Part shown: positions 24,616-33,777 of the stretch, in pieces
Position numbering within the stretch: the first letter of the stretch is position 1
Layout of the letters: every line of letters begins with the position of its first letter
Assembly: GCA_963775225.1 (NCBI GenBank)
Contig: CAVZHW010000005.1
Span: forward strand, 21,612-85,611
Reading direction: 5' to 3'
Origin: an uncultured Chloroflexia bacterium
Lineage (GTDB): Bacteria > Chloroflexota > Limnocylindria > Limnocylindrales > CSP1-4
Length of the DNA: 64,000 bases
The notes under the pieces: generated by a model
What the model was told of the DNA's origin: nothing
Seen by the model: only the letters and a program-made list of their open reading frames with translations
Database searches by the model: none
Made by a program: the position numbers and the translations under genes

Positions 24616-25683
24616 CTATTGGGCGAGCTGAGAGACCGTGTACGTGTAAACGCCGTAGCACGTCAGCCGTCCAATGCAGGGCACCAGAAATGAGCCGTCG
24701 CTCTGGACGATGAAAACGTGGATGGTGATGTTGCTCGGCGTCGCGCTGGTTGTCTCGAATAGGGAATCGCCGCAGCCGGTGTGCAGCGAGTTATCGCCAC
24801 CCACGATCCGCCACTGGAGCGTGCCCCGGCCCGAGCACTGCGTCATCTCGACCCGGTACTGCGCGTTGGGGCCTGGCACGAAATACAGATCGTCAGTCGT
24901 GTCACCGTTGGGAGCCGACACCTGCTCGGTGATCGAGCCGTTCGCCAGCACGCCCCTGGGGCACAGCCGACCCTGGCACGACGCCAGCGTGATGAGGTGC
25001 GGCTCGCTGGCCGAGTCATCGGGAGCCGTGCCATCCGCTGCCGGTGTGAGCCCGGGTGTCGGGGTCGGCGCCGCAGTCGGAGTCGGTGTGGCCGTGGGTG
25101 TCGGCGTTGGTGTTGGGGCCGTCGTGGCCGTCGGACTGGGGGTCAGCGTTGGCGTGGGAGTTGGCCTGTGTGTCTTGGCCGGCGTGGGCGTCGGAGTCGA
25201 TCCGGGAGTGGGCTCCACGATGCTCGCCGCAGGACTGCCCGGAGCGCCGCTCGGCGGCGCCGAGCCGCCGACAGTCACGTTAACGAGGGCGGGCTCGCTG
25301 GCCGTCCCACCCGACGAATACGCGATCACCTGCAGGGCGTGCGCGCCGGCCGGCGCAGCGAGCCAGTTGATGCTGAACTGCAGGACCGCCGCCGACTGGC
25401 CGGCTGGCGATGTCCCAAAGCTGACGCCGTCGACGAACAGCTCGACGTGGTCCACGCCCGTGGTATTCGTGGCGGTGCCGGCCACGATCACGTCCTGTCC
25501 CAGCGGCAACGCAGTGCCGTCGGCGGGTGACTGGATGGTGACTGCCGGCTTGTCGCCCGCGGCGACTGGACTGCCACTCGGACCAGCCGGCGCGCTGCTG
25601 CAGGCCACAAGGCTCAACGCCATCAGCAGGCCCACCAGCTGGCCGAGACCCCAGGGACGTCGATAGGACGCCATCCCGCGCAT
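24616..25683 (-). CDS. Secreted lipoprotein: Ig-like domain, Pro/Thr linker, 6-Cys PPC-like C-terminal domain (paralog 1)
   Basis: Lipobox LSLVAC after MRGMASYRRPWGLGQLVGLLMA. VTIQSPADGTALPLGQDVIVAGTATNTTGVDHVELFVDGVS is Ig-like. PTPTPTP linker. The C-terminal domain has 6 Cys. The upstream part of the track ORF looks non-coding. Confidence 0.75.
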   Translation of the reverse strand: MRGMASYRRPWGLGQLVGLLMALSLVACSSAPAGPSGSPVAAGDKPAVTIQSPADGTALPLGQDVIVAGTATNTTGVDHVELFVDGVSFGTSPAGQSAAVLQFSINWLAAPAGAHALQVIAYSSGGTASEPALVNVTVGGSAPPSGAPGSPAASIVEPTPGSTPTPTPAKTHRPTPTPTLTPSPTATTAPTPTPTPTATPTPTAAPTPTPGLTPAADGTAPDDSASEPHLITLASCQGRLCPRGVLANGSITEQVSAPNGDTTDDLYFVPGPNAQYRVEMTQCSGRGTLQWRIVGGDNSLHTGCGDSLFETTSATPSNITIHVFIVQSDGSFLVPCIGRLTCYGVYTYTVSQLAQ

Positions 25684-25724
25684 GTGCTCCTCAATCACCA
25701 CGCCGGGAACCGGATTCGACGCGG

Positions 25725-26723
25725 TTAGTGGGTTTTGCAGTTGGCGAACTGACACTGGTAGACGGTGAACTGGTACAGGTTGTACGTCTGTACGCCAACG
25801 GGCCCGAAAAAGACCGAGATCGGTAGCGATCCGGGGTTGCCGCCGCTTGAAGTCCTGTCCATCGAGTCCATGCAGCCGGTCGTGCTCAACGGATCGGGGT
25901 CGGAAAGAGACCACAGGGTCGTGTCCGACGCGTCGCTGCAGAAGGTTAGGCGCAGGTGGTACGTGGTGTTCGGGGCCTGCGTGAACTCGAGGTCGTCAGT
26001 CATGTCGCCGGCCGGTGCCGAGATCTGCTCCCAGATGCATCCCACGGCAGTGACCGGCGCGCCGGTCTCGATCGGCGGGCACGCCGCCTTGTTATTCGCG
26101 TTCAGCACGATCTCGTAGGGCTCGTTATCGATGTCGTCGGGTGCGTTGCCGCCCGGATCAGGCGTGACCGTGGGCGGCGTCACCGTGGGCGTGGGCGTCG
26201 GCGCACGGGTGGGGCGCGGCGTCCTGGTGGGCTTCGGCGTTGGAGTCGGCGTTGGCGCGCCTGTGGGTGATGGAGTCGGCACCCCGGCGGTCGAAGTGGC
26301 CGGCGGGCCCGAGGGCACCGCGCTGGCGGGCGTGCCCACGTTCACGCTGACGCTTGCCGGGTCACTGGCCGTGCCGTCCTGGCGATAGGCCACGGCCTGG
26401 AGATTATGTGGCCCTGCCGGAGCGGCCAGCCAACCCACGTTGAAGGGCAGCAGCGCCGCGGCCAGGCCAGGCGGTGTGCTGGCGACGCTCACGCCGTCGA
26501 CGAACAGCTCGACGTGATCGACCCCCACGCTGTCGCTGGCGGCGCCCGAGACAGCGACGTCTTGTCCGAGTGGGAGCTGGGCTCCGTCGGCAGGCGACTG
26601 GATCACGACCATGGGCTTGTCTGCACTGGCGACGCTCGTCGCGCTCGGCGTGGGCGCGGCACCGCAGCCGACGATCATGCTCGCAAGAGCCATCATGGCA
26701 ACGGGCCGTCGCCAAGCCGGCAT
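25725..26723 (-). CDS. Secreted lipoprotein: Ig-like domain, Pro/Thr linker, 6-Cys PPC-like C-terminal domain (paralog 2)
   Basis: MPAWRRPVAMMALASMIVGC lipobox. VVIQSPADGAQLPLGQDVAVSGAASDSVGVDHVELFVDGVS aligns block-for-block with paralog 1. Same linker and same 6-Cys C-terminal pattern. Confidence 0.75.
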   Translation of the reverse strand: MPAWRRPVAMMALASMIVGCGAAPTPSATSVASADKPMVVIQSPADGAQLPLGQDVAVSGAASDSVGVDHVELFVDGVSVASTPPGLAAALLPFNVGWLAAPAGPHNLQAVAYRQDGTASDPASVSVNVGTPASAVPSGPPATSTAGVPTPSPTGAPTPTPTPKPTRTPRPTRAPTPTPTVTPPTVTPDPGGNAPDDIDNEPYEIVLNANNKAACPPIETGAPVTAVGCIWEQISAPAGDMTDDLEFTQAPNTTYHLRLTFCSDASDTTLWSLSDPDPLSTTGCMDSMDRTSSGGNPGSLPISVFFGPVGVQTYNLYQFTVYQCQFANCKTH

Positions 26724-26944
26724 TCGGGGGTGGGACGGGATCCCGTGCACGACGCTCCTCCGCAGCAGAAACACGACTGGGTCTGCCGGATCGTGGGCGT
26801 CGCACCGTCGCCTGTCAAGATAGTTCCGGTCCACGACAACTCTGCGGCCTCAACGTCCCGCCGGGAATTGCCCGAATGGACGCCTGTCGATGCGCGCAAA
26901 GCGGCTGTCCGCATGAACGGTCGGCGTTCTATGCTGCGCCGAGC

Positions 26945-28165
26945 ATGGGTGCCCTAGCGCATCTCGAGACGCGTCTCGTGCCCGTCACGCCCGGCAGCCA
27001 GGCGACGGCTCAATTGCGCGTGCGCAACACGGGCTCGGTCGTCGACCAGTTCAGCTTCCAGGTGCTCGGCGACGCCCAGGCATGGTCGGCAGTCACGCCG
27101 CCCAGCCTGTCGCTCTTCCCCGCTGCCGAGGAAGCGGTCACGATCACTTTCAGTCCGCCCCGCGCGCCGACCGTGGTGGCCGGGCAGCTGCCCTTCGGTA
27201 TCCATGTCCTGTCCAAGGAGGATCCCCAGGGTTCGGTCGTCGAGGAGGGCGTGCTCGACGTAGCGCCGTTCAGCGAAGTGCATGCCGAACTTGCTCCGCG
27301 GACCTCGCGTGGCAGCCGCGGGGCCAGCCACGACCTGGCGATCGACAACCGCGGCAATGCGCCCATCAACGCGACACTCAGCGCGGTCGACCCCGACCGG
27401 CTGTTGAACTTCGACCTGCGGCCGCCCGGCGTCGTGGCCGACCCGGGCAGCGCCTCGTTCGCCAAGGTTGGCGTCCATCCGCGCCACACGTTCTGGCGCG
27501 GCCCGGCCCAGACGCGGCCGTTCCAGGTGCTCGTCGAGGGCGCCGGCCCCACCCCGGTGACCGTCGACGGCACGCTCCTCCAGGAAGCCGTCCTGCCGCC
27601 CTGGTTCATGCGCGCGCTGCTGGCGGTGCTGGGCCTGCTCCTGCTCGCCGTACTGTTCTGGGTCTTCATCCTGCAACCGTCGATCGAGGCCACTGCCGAG
27701 CAGCGCGCCGCCGACATCCTGGCCCAGGTGGGCATCACGCCACCGCCGGGCGGCTTCACCCACAACACTCCTCCGCCCGCGTCGCAGGGCAATGGCGGGA
27801 GTGGTGGCTCCCCGGCGCCGAGCAGCTCGACCAGCGTCGCTTCGGCGCCGCCGTTGCCGGGCGGCGGCAGCGCGACCGACGGTCGGCTGGTCTTCGGCCA
27901 GCCAGCGCTCACGGTGCAGCCCGACCAGACGCTCTTCGTCACCGACCTGGTGTTCTCCAACCCATCGAGCACCGCCGTCGGTGATCTGCGCCTCGAGCGC
28001 TCCGGACAACCATTGCTGGTCCTGCGTCTCGAGAACTTCCGCGACCTCGACTACCACTTCGTGACGCCCATCGTCATCGCCGCCGGGCAGAACCTGGGCC
28101 TGGCCTGCGACGACCCGACCGCCTGTTCGGGCACGTCCGTCTACTACTCGGGCTTCGTCCGCTGA
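26945..28165 (+). CDS. Bitopic membrane protein: N-terminal beta-sandwich (CARDB/NEW3-like) domains without signal peptide, one TM helix, extracytoplasmic Gly/Pro/Ser linker and beta-rich C-terminal domain
   Basis: In-frame ATG at 26945 (MGALAHLETRLVPVTPGSQATAQLRVRNTGSVVDQFSFQVLG...). The track ORF from 26474 is antisense overlap with the lipoprotein gene. TM helix MRALLAVLGLLLLAVLFWVFIL at about 27608..27672. Confidence 0.7.
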   Translation: MGALAHLETRLVPVTPGSQATAQLRVRNTGSVVDQFSFQVLGDAQAWSAVTPPSLSLFPAAEEAVTITFSPPRAPTVVAGQLPFGIHVLSKEDPQGSVVEEGVLDVAPFSEVHAELAPRTSRGSRGASHDLAIDNRGNAPINATLSAVDPDRLLNFDLRPPGVVADPGSASFAKVGVHPRHTFWRGPAQTRPFQVLVEGAGPTPVTVDGTLLQEAVLPPWFMRALLAVLGLLLLAVLFWVFILQPSIEATAEQRAADILAQVGITPPPGGFTHNTPPPASQGNGGSGGSPAPSSSTSVASAPPLPGGGSATDGRLVFGQPALTVQPDQTLFVTDLVFSNPSSTAVGDLRLERSGQPLLVLRLENFRDLDYHFVTPIVIAAGQNLGLACDDPTACSGTSVYYSGFVR

Positions 28166-28203
28166 TCGCATTTCGGGCATCCGCTGCCCGCCGTGCGCGG
28201 CCG

Positions 28204-30195
28204 GTGGCAGTCGCGCTGGTGACTCTCCTTGTCCTGACCACACTGAGCGTCACCCGCCCTGCCACGGTGCGCGCCGACACGCTGCCCGAATCGCCCCTGC
28301 TGACGGTCGATCCCTCGTGCGAGCCAGCGCCGAGCAACCCCGACGGCGACGTCATCACGGTCACCGTCCGCGGCTACAGCTTCGAGTACGGCCGCAGCGT
28401 GACGATCTACTGGAACGGCAATCCGGCGCCCGCACCGCCGGTCACCGTTGGTGCCGCGGGCGCGTTCGAGGCCACCTTCACGGTGACCGAGATCGGCTCG
28501 ACTGCCTACTACCCCATGTACGCGTACTACAGCGACCAGATTGCTCAGGGCAGCGAGGTGGCCTGGGCAAGCCTGTACGTGCCGTGCGGTGGGCCGCAGG
28601 CGCAGATAAGCATTACGCCCGACTGCGCGACCGCCGGGACGCCCATCAGTGTGCACGTGAGCGGCACCAATTTCCTGCCCGACCTGCCGATTACGGTTGC
28701 CGTCACCGACCTCTTCAGCACCGACACGATCTACGCCCAGGCCAGCCCGGTCACCCCGGCGGATCCCAACGCGATCAGCATCGACATACCGCAGTTCAGC
28801 GTGCCCGCGAACGGCGCCTACCGCGTGCTCGCCGTTCAGCAGTCGGGGACCAATTTCAAGATCTATGTGCCGCCGCCGCGCACCGCCGCTGCGTACCTTG
28901 TCGCACCATGCTCGCAGCTGACCATGACGCCCACCTGCGGGTCCGCGGCGGGCAGCGATCCCAGCCGGTACACGATCCAACTGAGCGGTGCCGGCTTCCA
29001 GCCCGGCCTGAATGTCGAGATCACCTTCGATGCCGGCGACGTGCCGCACCTGCCCGAATACTTCTACAGCGACTTCTCGGTCAACGACGACGGCAGCTGG
29101 GGCCCGGTCGACATCGCCCCCTATGCCCGTGGACCGGGCAGTTACGACATCACGGTAAGCCAGTCGGACGACACGCCGCCGCTCCACTTCACGCATGCCA
29201 CCTTCACCGTCGAGTGCCCCGCTGGGACGGTCACGCTCGATCCGTCATGCGCTGCCCCGCAGTTCGCGGGAGACCAGCCGCGCACCTTCGACCTGAACGT
29301 GAGCGGGGTTGGCTTCCAACCCGGCTATCCGGTCAGCGTCACGTTCGACCCGGAGCGCCTGGGTGGGCTGGAACCCGAAACGACACAGACGAAGGCACTT
29401 GACGACGGCTCGTTCACGGCACGGCTGACGGTGGCGGCGCGCCCGGCAAACACATATGGCGTCAGCGTCCAGCAGCAGGTGGGCGATACCGTCATCAACG
29501 GCGCGGTGCCGCCCTTCAGTGTGCCCTGCGTGCCGCCATCGCCGACCCTGCAGCCCGATCCGACCTGCGCCGACGCGCTGCCCGGCCAGCCACAGGCGTA
29601 CTCCATCCAGCTGCGCGGGCGGGGCTTCATCCCGGGCTTCGTCCAGATCATCTTCGATCCCGACGGCACGCCGGAGACTTTCAGCGCGTTTGCCAGTGGC
29701 CCGAACGGCAAGCTCGCCACGACCATCACGCCGATCGGTCGCGCGGCGGGCACCTACCGCATCGAGGCGCGCCAGGACGACGCCAACGGCCCGCTTGACG
29801 ACGTCTCGTTCGACACCTTCCTGGTGCCCTGCACTGCGCCCGTGACGCCCATGCTGGTCATTGATCCAGGCTCAGCGTCACCGGGTTTCGTGGTCGAGGT
29901 CCAGGGCATGGACTTTCCACCGGGCAGCACGGTCGAGCTCCAGTGGAGCTACGGCATCGGCGCGGCCCGACCGATCGAGGTGGTGGCCGGCGATGACGGG
30001 TCTTTCGACCAGCAGGTGCTGATCTTCGCGCACGACTTCACGGGCCTGCGCGAGATGACTGCGGGCACGGCCGATGATCCTGCCGCTTACCCAAGCGCGC
30101 AGGCCAGCCTGCTGGTCGCGCCGGGCACGGGTTCTCCGCCCGCCTACGACGTGTTCGGCGGCGGCGAAACGGCGCCGATCGTCAGCCGCCGCTGA
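28204..30195 (+). CDS. Secreted protein with six tandem ~100-aa Ig/IPT-like repeats, five of them bracketed by conserved Cys residues
   Basis: GTG start. Signal-like N-terminus MAVALVTLLVLTTLSVTRPATVRA. Repeats begin ...DPSC / ITPDC / MTPTC / LDPSC / PDPTC and end ...YVPC / VAPC / TVEC / SVPC / LVPC. Confidence 0.75.
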   Translation: MAVALVTLLVLTTLSVTRPATVRADTLPESPLLTVDPSCEPAPSNPDGDVITVTVRGYSFEYGRSVTIYWNGNPAPAPPVTVGAAGAFEATFTVTEIGSTAYYPMYAYYSDQIAQGSEVAWASLYVPCGGPQAQISITPDCATAGTPISVHVSGTNFLPDLPITVAVTDLFSTDTIYAQASPVTPADPNAISIDIPQFSVPANGAYRVLAVQQSGTNFKIYVPPPRTAAAYLVAPCSQLTMTPTCGSAAGSDPSRYTIQLSGAGFQPGLNVEITFDAGDVPHLPEYFYSDFSVNDDGSWGPVDIAPYARGPGSYDITVSQSDDTPPLHFTHATFTVECPAGTVTLDPSCAAPQFAGDQPRTFDLNVSGVGFQPGYPVSVTFDPERLGGLEPETTQTKALDDGSFTARLTVAARPANTYGVSVQQQVGDTVINGAVPPFSVPCVPPSPTLQPDPTCADALPGQPQAYSIQLRGRGFIPGFVQIIFDPDGTPETFSAFASGPNGKLATTITPIGRAAGTYRIEARQDDANGPLDDVSFDTFLVPCTAPVTPMLVIDPGSASPGFVVEVQGMDFPPGSTVELQWSYGIGAARPIEVVAGDDGSFDQQVLIFAHDFTGLREMTAGTADDPAAYPSAQASLLVAPGTGSPPAYDVFGGGETAPIVSRR

Positions 30196-30212
30196 CGATC
30201 GCCCCGGCCCGC

Positions 30213-31331
30213 CTAGTGCGGCAGGGCTGAGATGGGCGTGTAGCCGATGTGCACGCTCCCGCCGCATATCCCTGGGTCGCAGGCCGGTATGTCAAGTTTG
30301 ATCACGGTCGAGGCGTACAGCGATCCCAGCATGTAGCCCTTCGGGTACTTGACCTTGGGGCTGTACGTGTCCGAGCCGTTGAAGTCGGACGCAATGTTCG
30401 CCTCGAGCCAGCCGTAGTAGAAGTCCGACGGAAAGTCATAGAAAGCCGTCGGGTTGTTCAGAAAGAGCTGCAGCGTGCCCGCCGCGCCCACGCCGCTCAA
30501 GTTGGTGAAGGTCACCGTCCGGATGCACCAGTCCTTCGAGGTCGGGATGGTGCGCTCGTCACTCGGATTGAGGTCAAACCACTTAGTCGCGGGGCCCGCA
30601 TTGGCGCACGTGACTGGCGTTGGGCTGGGCGTCACCGTCGGTGGCGGAGTCGGTGTCGGCCGCTTGGTGGGCTTGGGCGTGTGGCTGGGAGTGGGGCTCG
30701 GAGTGGGCGTCGCGAGCACGCCGTCGCTCGGGGAGGGGCCGGCGCCGTTGTCGGTGGGTAGTGCCGACGCGAACGTATCCGACGGTGTCGGCAGCCCTCC
30801 GCTGGCAGTGGCATCGGTCGACGGCGACGGCGACTCGACCACCGCCGCGATCGGGCCCTGGGCCGGCCGATTGAGAAGGGCCGCTGCCGCCACGGCACCA
30901 ACGAGCAAGAGCACGATCAGCGCTGCGCCGATGGCCAGTGTTCGGCCGCGGCCACCGAAGCGATTTTGACCGCTGGCGCCGCCGCGCACGCCGATGCTGG
31001 CGCCGCCCACGGCACTGGCCGACGATCCCGCGCCTGCCGCCGTGCCCGCCTCGAGCTTCTCGCCGCACTGGATGCAGAACGAGCGGCCGGGCGGGTTGCG
31101 CCGGCCGCACTTCCAGCAGATGACGTCCGGGGCGTAGCCCGCCGGGGCCGGTCCGCCCTGGCCGGAGGGAGCCCATTGTCCCTGGCTTGTCGGAGCGGCC
31201 GGTTGGTTGATCGGAGCCTGCTGCTGGCCGGCCGCTCCGGCGGCCGCTGGCGCAGCCTGCAGCGAATTACCGCACGAGCCGCAGAACTGGTCGCCGGGCG
31301 CGTTCTGGGACCCGCAGTTCGGACAGATCAT
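30213..31331 (-). CDS. Double zinc-ribbon, single-TM protein with an extracytoplasmic Pro/Thr linker and Cys-containing C-terminal domain
   Basis: MICPNCGSQNAPGDQFCGSCG and VICWKCGRRNPPGRSFCIQCG. TM helix TLAIGAALIVLLLVGAVAAAALL. PTPSPTPSHTPKPTKRPTPTPPPT linker. Confidence 0.75.
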   Translation of the reverse strand: MICPNCGSQNAPGDQFCGSCGNSLQAAPAAAGAAGQQQAPINQPAAPTSQGQWAPSGQGGPAPAGYAPDVICWKCGRRNPPGRSFCIQCGEKLEAGTAAGAGSSASAVGGASIGVRGGASGQNRFGGRGRTLAIGAALIVLLLVGAVAAAALLNRPAQGPIAAVVESPSPSTDATASGGLPTPSDTFASALPTDNGAGPSPSDGVLATPTPSPTPSHTPKPTKRPTPTPPPTVTPSPTPVTCANAGPATKWFDLNPSDERTIPTSKDWCIRTVTFTNLSGVGAAGTLQLFLNNPTAFYDFPSDFYYGWLEANIASDFNGSDTYSPKVKYPKGYMLGSLYASTVIKLDIPACDPGICGGSVHIGYTPISALPH

Positions 31332-31344
31332 CTGATCCTCTCAG

Positions 31345-32445
31345 TCACTTGTGGATCTCGACCACGAGCTCCGTGGACGACCGACTCCCTGATGTCCAGC
31401 CATCCGACGATAGGTTGTAGCAGCCACCGCCGGTCACGCCAATCACCACGTCGACGAGTTTCTGGTCGCCCTTCGCGACCTTGAACGCATCGAGGACTTG
31501 ATAGCCCACCTGGCTCTTGAACGGGCCGCCGAAGCCTACGGCATGACTGAAGGTCAGGACGAGCGCAATCTCACCACTTGCCGGTGGCGAGACACCGAAG
31601 CGCGACGCAACCTGTCCGAGCGGGACGAGGGTTGCGGCGACGGAAGCAGTTGCGCCGGCATCGGCGCCCGGAGCGAGCGCGATGGCCAGGAAGTCAGCCG
31701 TACCCCGATGGCCCCAGCGCGCCGACTTGACGATCCAGCGGCCGGGCGCGGTGGCGGCAAGCTGCTGGTCGGCGCAGCTGAAGCCGGCTACCGGTGGACT
31801 GCCGGCGTCCCCGCTGGGTGCCGATGAGGCCGGCTGGCTGGCCTCATCGCTGGCGGGCGCCTGGCTGTGCGCGTCATTCGATGCGAGCGGCGAGTTGATC
31901 GCGACACTGGACGTCCCCGGCCCGGTCGACGGCGGCTGGGAAGGATGCGCGGAGGATTGCGCGTTGCCGCCGAGCAGGACGAAGCCGGCACCGAGCAGCA
32001 CGATCACGACGACCACCGCTGCGCCGGCGACGAGGAAGGGCAGTACGCGCGAACGGGAACTCGGAGCCTGCGCGCCTGGGCCCAGCCGCGATCCACACTT
32101 GAGGCAGAAGGCCCGCGTCGGCTCGTTCGCGGTGCCACACACGGCGCACCTGATCAGCCGCGGCCGCGTGCCCAGCGCCGGCCCGCCGGCGAACGTGCCC
32201 GGTCCCGCGCTGGTCGTGGGGGTGGGCGTTACGACGGGCCGCTGGTCGCTGACGGGTTGCTCGGTCGAGGCTGCCCAGTTGGGCGGGACGGTGCCCGGGG
32301 TGATGGCAGGCGCTGGCTGCTCGGTGGCCTGGGGCTGCTGGTCGACTGGGGTCGGCTGCTCGCCCGTCCACGCCAGGAATTGGCCGCACGAGCCGCAGAA
32401 CTCGTCGCCTGGCGCGTTCTGGAAACCGCAGTTGCTGCAGATCAC
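31345..32445 (-). CDS. Double zinc-ribbon, single-TM protein (same N-terminal architecture as the neighbouring gene, different C-terminal domain)
   Basis: MICSNCGFQNAPGDEFCGSCG and LIRCAVCGTANEPTRAFCLKCG. TM helix VLPFLVAGAAVVVVIVLLGAGFVLLGG. Confidence 0.75.
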   Translation of the reverse strand: MICSNCGFQNAPGDEFCGSCGQFLAWTGEQPTPVDQQPQATEQPAPAITPGTVPPNWAASTEQPVSDQRPVVTPTPTTSAGPGTFAGGPALGTRPRLIRCAVCGTANEPTRAFCLKCGSRLGPGAQAPSSRSRVLPFLVAGAAVVVVIVLLGAGFVLLGGNAQSSAHPSQPPSTGPGTSSVAINSPLASNDAHSQAPASDEASQPASSAPSGDAGSPPVAGFSCADQQLAATAPGRWIVKSARWGHRGTADFLAIALAPGADAGATASVAATLVPLGQVASRFGVSPPASGEIALVLTFSHAVGFGGPFKSQVGYQVLDAFKVAKGDQKLVDVVIGVTGGGCYNLSSDGWTSGSRSSTELVVEIHK

Positions 32446-32456
32446 CGGCCGACCGC

Positions 32457-33443
32457 CTATGCCCGCGGAATGATCTCGCGCGCGTACACCTCGAGCGTCT
32501 TTTCCTCGTCGCCGTTCATCAAGTAGATGTTGAACTGGTCGACGCCGGCATCGGCCAGCTCGCGCAGCTTGCGCAGGTGGTCGTCGACCGAGCCGATGAC
32601 GCAGAAACGGTCGACCACGTCGTCGTCCACGAAGTCGCCGTTGTCGGAACCCACCTCGGCGTGGTGCTGGTAGTCATACCCGCCCCGATCGCGGACGTAG
32701 CCGGTCAGCGCCGGCGGCAGCTCAGCGGGGTCGTAGCGATTGACCAGGTCGACCACGTGGTTGCTGACCAGGGCAGGGAACCAGCGGACGCGCTCGCGGC
32801 ACTCTCCGATCTCGCCCACGTGCGCGGGAGCGGCGGCCATCACCTTCACCGCCTGCGGGTCGCGGCCCGCCTTGACCGCGAAGTCGCGGAGCTGACCCAC
32901 GAACCAGCGGATCAATCCGGGGTCGGCCAGCTGCAGGATGACCCCGTCGGCGATGCGCGCGGTGAGCTCGAGAGCCTTTGGGCCGTAGCCGGCGATCCAT
33001 ACCGGCAGCCGATCGCCGCGTGTCCAGGGCAGCCGGATCGCGGTGCCGTCCTGCGCGGCGCTGCGGCCCTCGACCAGGTCGCGGATCAGGTTGGTCGCCT
33101 CCTCGAGGCGCGCCAGCGTCGTCGGCGGTTTGCCCATCACGCGGCGGGCCGAATCGCCCCGGCCGATGCCCAGGTCCATCCGCCCGCCGCTGATCTCGTC
33201 GAGGGCCGCAAGGGCGCTGGCCGTGACGGTTGGTTCGCGCGTGGCCGGGTTCGTGACGCAGGTGCCCAGGCGCATCGACGAGGTGTTGAGCGCCATGAGC
33301 GTCAGGATCGGATAGGGGTCCGCCCAGAGGATGTGCGAGTCGAACAGCCAGCCATAGCCGAAGCCGCCGTCCTCAGCCTGACGCGTCAGGTTGATCGTGC
33401 GTTCGACGCCGTGTTCGGGCTTGAGCGTGAATCCGAAGTCCAT
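32457..33443 (-). CDS. Luciferase-like monooxygenase (LLM) class, probably F420-dependent oxidoreductase
   Basis: 328 aa. MDFGFTLKPEH...FGYGWLFDSHILWADPYPILTLMA...RLGTCVTNPATREPTVTASALAALDEISGGRMDLGIGRGDSA is typical of the LLM/Mer-like family. Confidence 0.8.
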   Translation of the reverse strand: MDFGFTLKPEHGVERTINLTRQAEDGGFGYGWLFDSHILWADPYPILTLMALNTSSMRLGTCVTNPATREPTVTASALAALDEISGGRMDLGIGRGDSARRVMGKPPTTLARLEEATNLIRDLVEGRSAAQDGTAIRLPWTRGDRLPVWIAGYGPKALELTARIADGVILQLADPGLIRWFVGQLRDFAVKAGRDPQAVKVMAAAPAHVGEIGECRERVRWFPALVSNHVVDLVNRYDPAELPPALTGYVRDRGGYDYQHHAEVGSDNGDFVDDDVVDRFCVIGSVDDHLRKLRELADAGVDQFNIYLMNGDEEKTLEVYAREIIPRA

Positions 33444-33777
33444 GTCGCTCCCGAGGGCTGCTACCGAGCGGCAAAGGATACGCCCCGCCCCTCAGCCGGG
33501 CGATTGGGGCCGGTGGTCCTGCACGCAGGCCGGCGTTGCGGCGCTTCCGCATTGCCGCTGCGAAGCTTCCGCTGCCCCGTACCGCCTGCATCGTTGGCGC
33601 AGCAGGCAAGGACCCGATTACGTTCGACCTGGCGACCGACCCCACGCTCCGCAGGACGCCTTATCGACCAAATCACCGTCCGCCACCGATGGGGACGGTA
33701 CGCGGACCGACTAGCGCGCTTGGCGCAGTCCGCCGGTAGGGGTTGTCGGTCGGATGCCCGCTTGGGTACCGATGCGG

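Noticed and set aside
25040-26290. Repetitive-looking nucleotide stretches (ggcgtgggcgtcgg-type) that could be mistaken for repeat arrays or CRISPR
   Set aside because: They are the antisense of Pro/Thr-linker coding sequence inside the two lipoprotein genes. They have no regular repeat-spacer structure.
33444-33777. Possible tRNA, sRNA or riboswitch in the long leader upstream of the LLM oxidoreductase gene
   Set aside because: I found no cloverleaf-compatible arms and no recognisable riboswitch core. Only the downstream tandem repeat is reportable.
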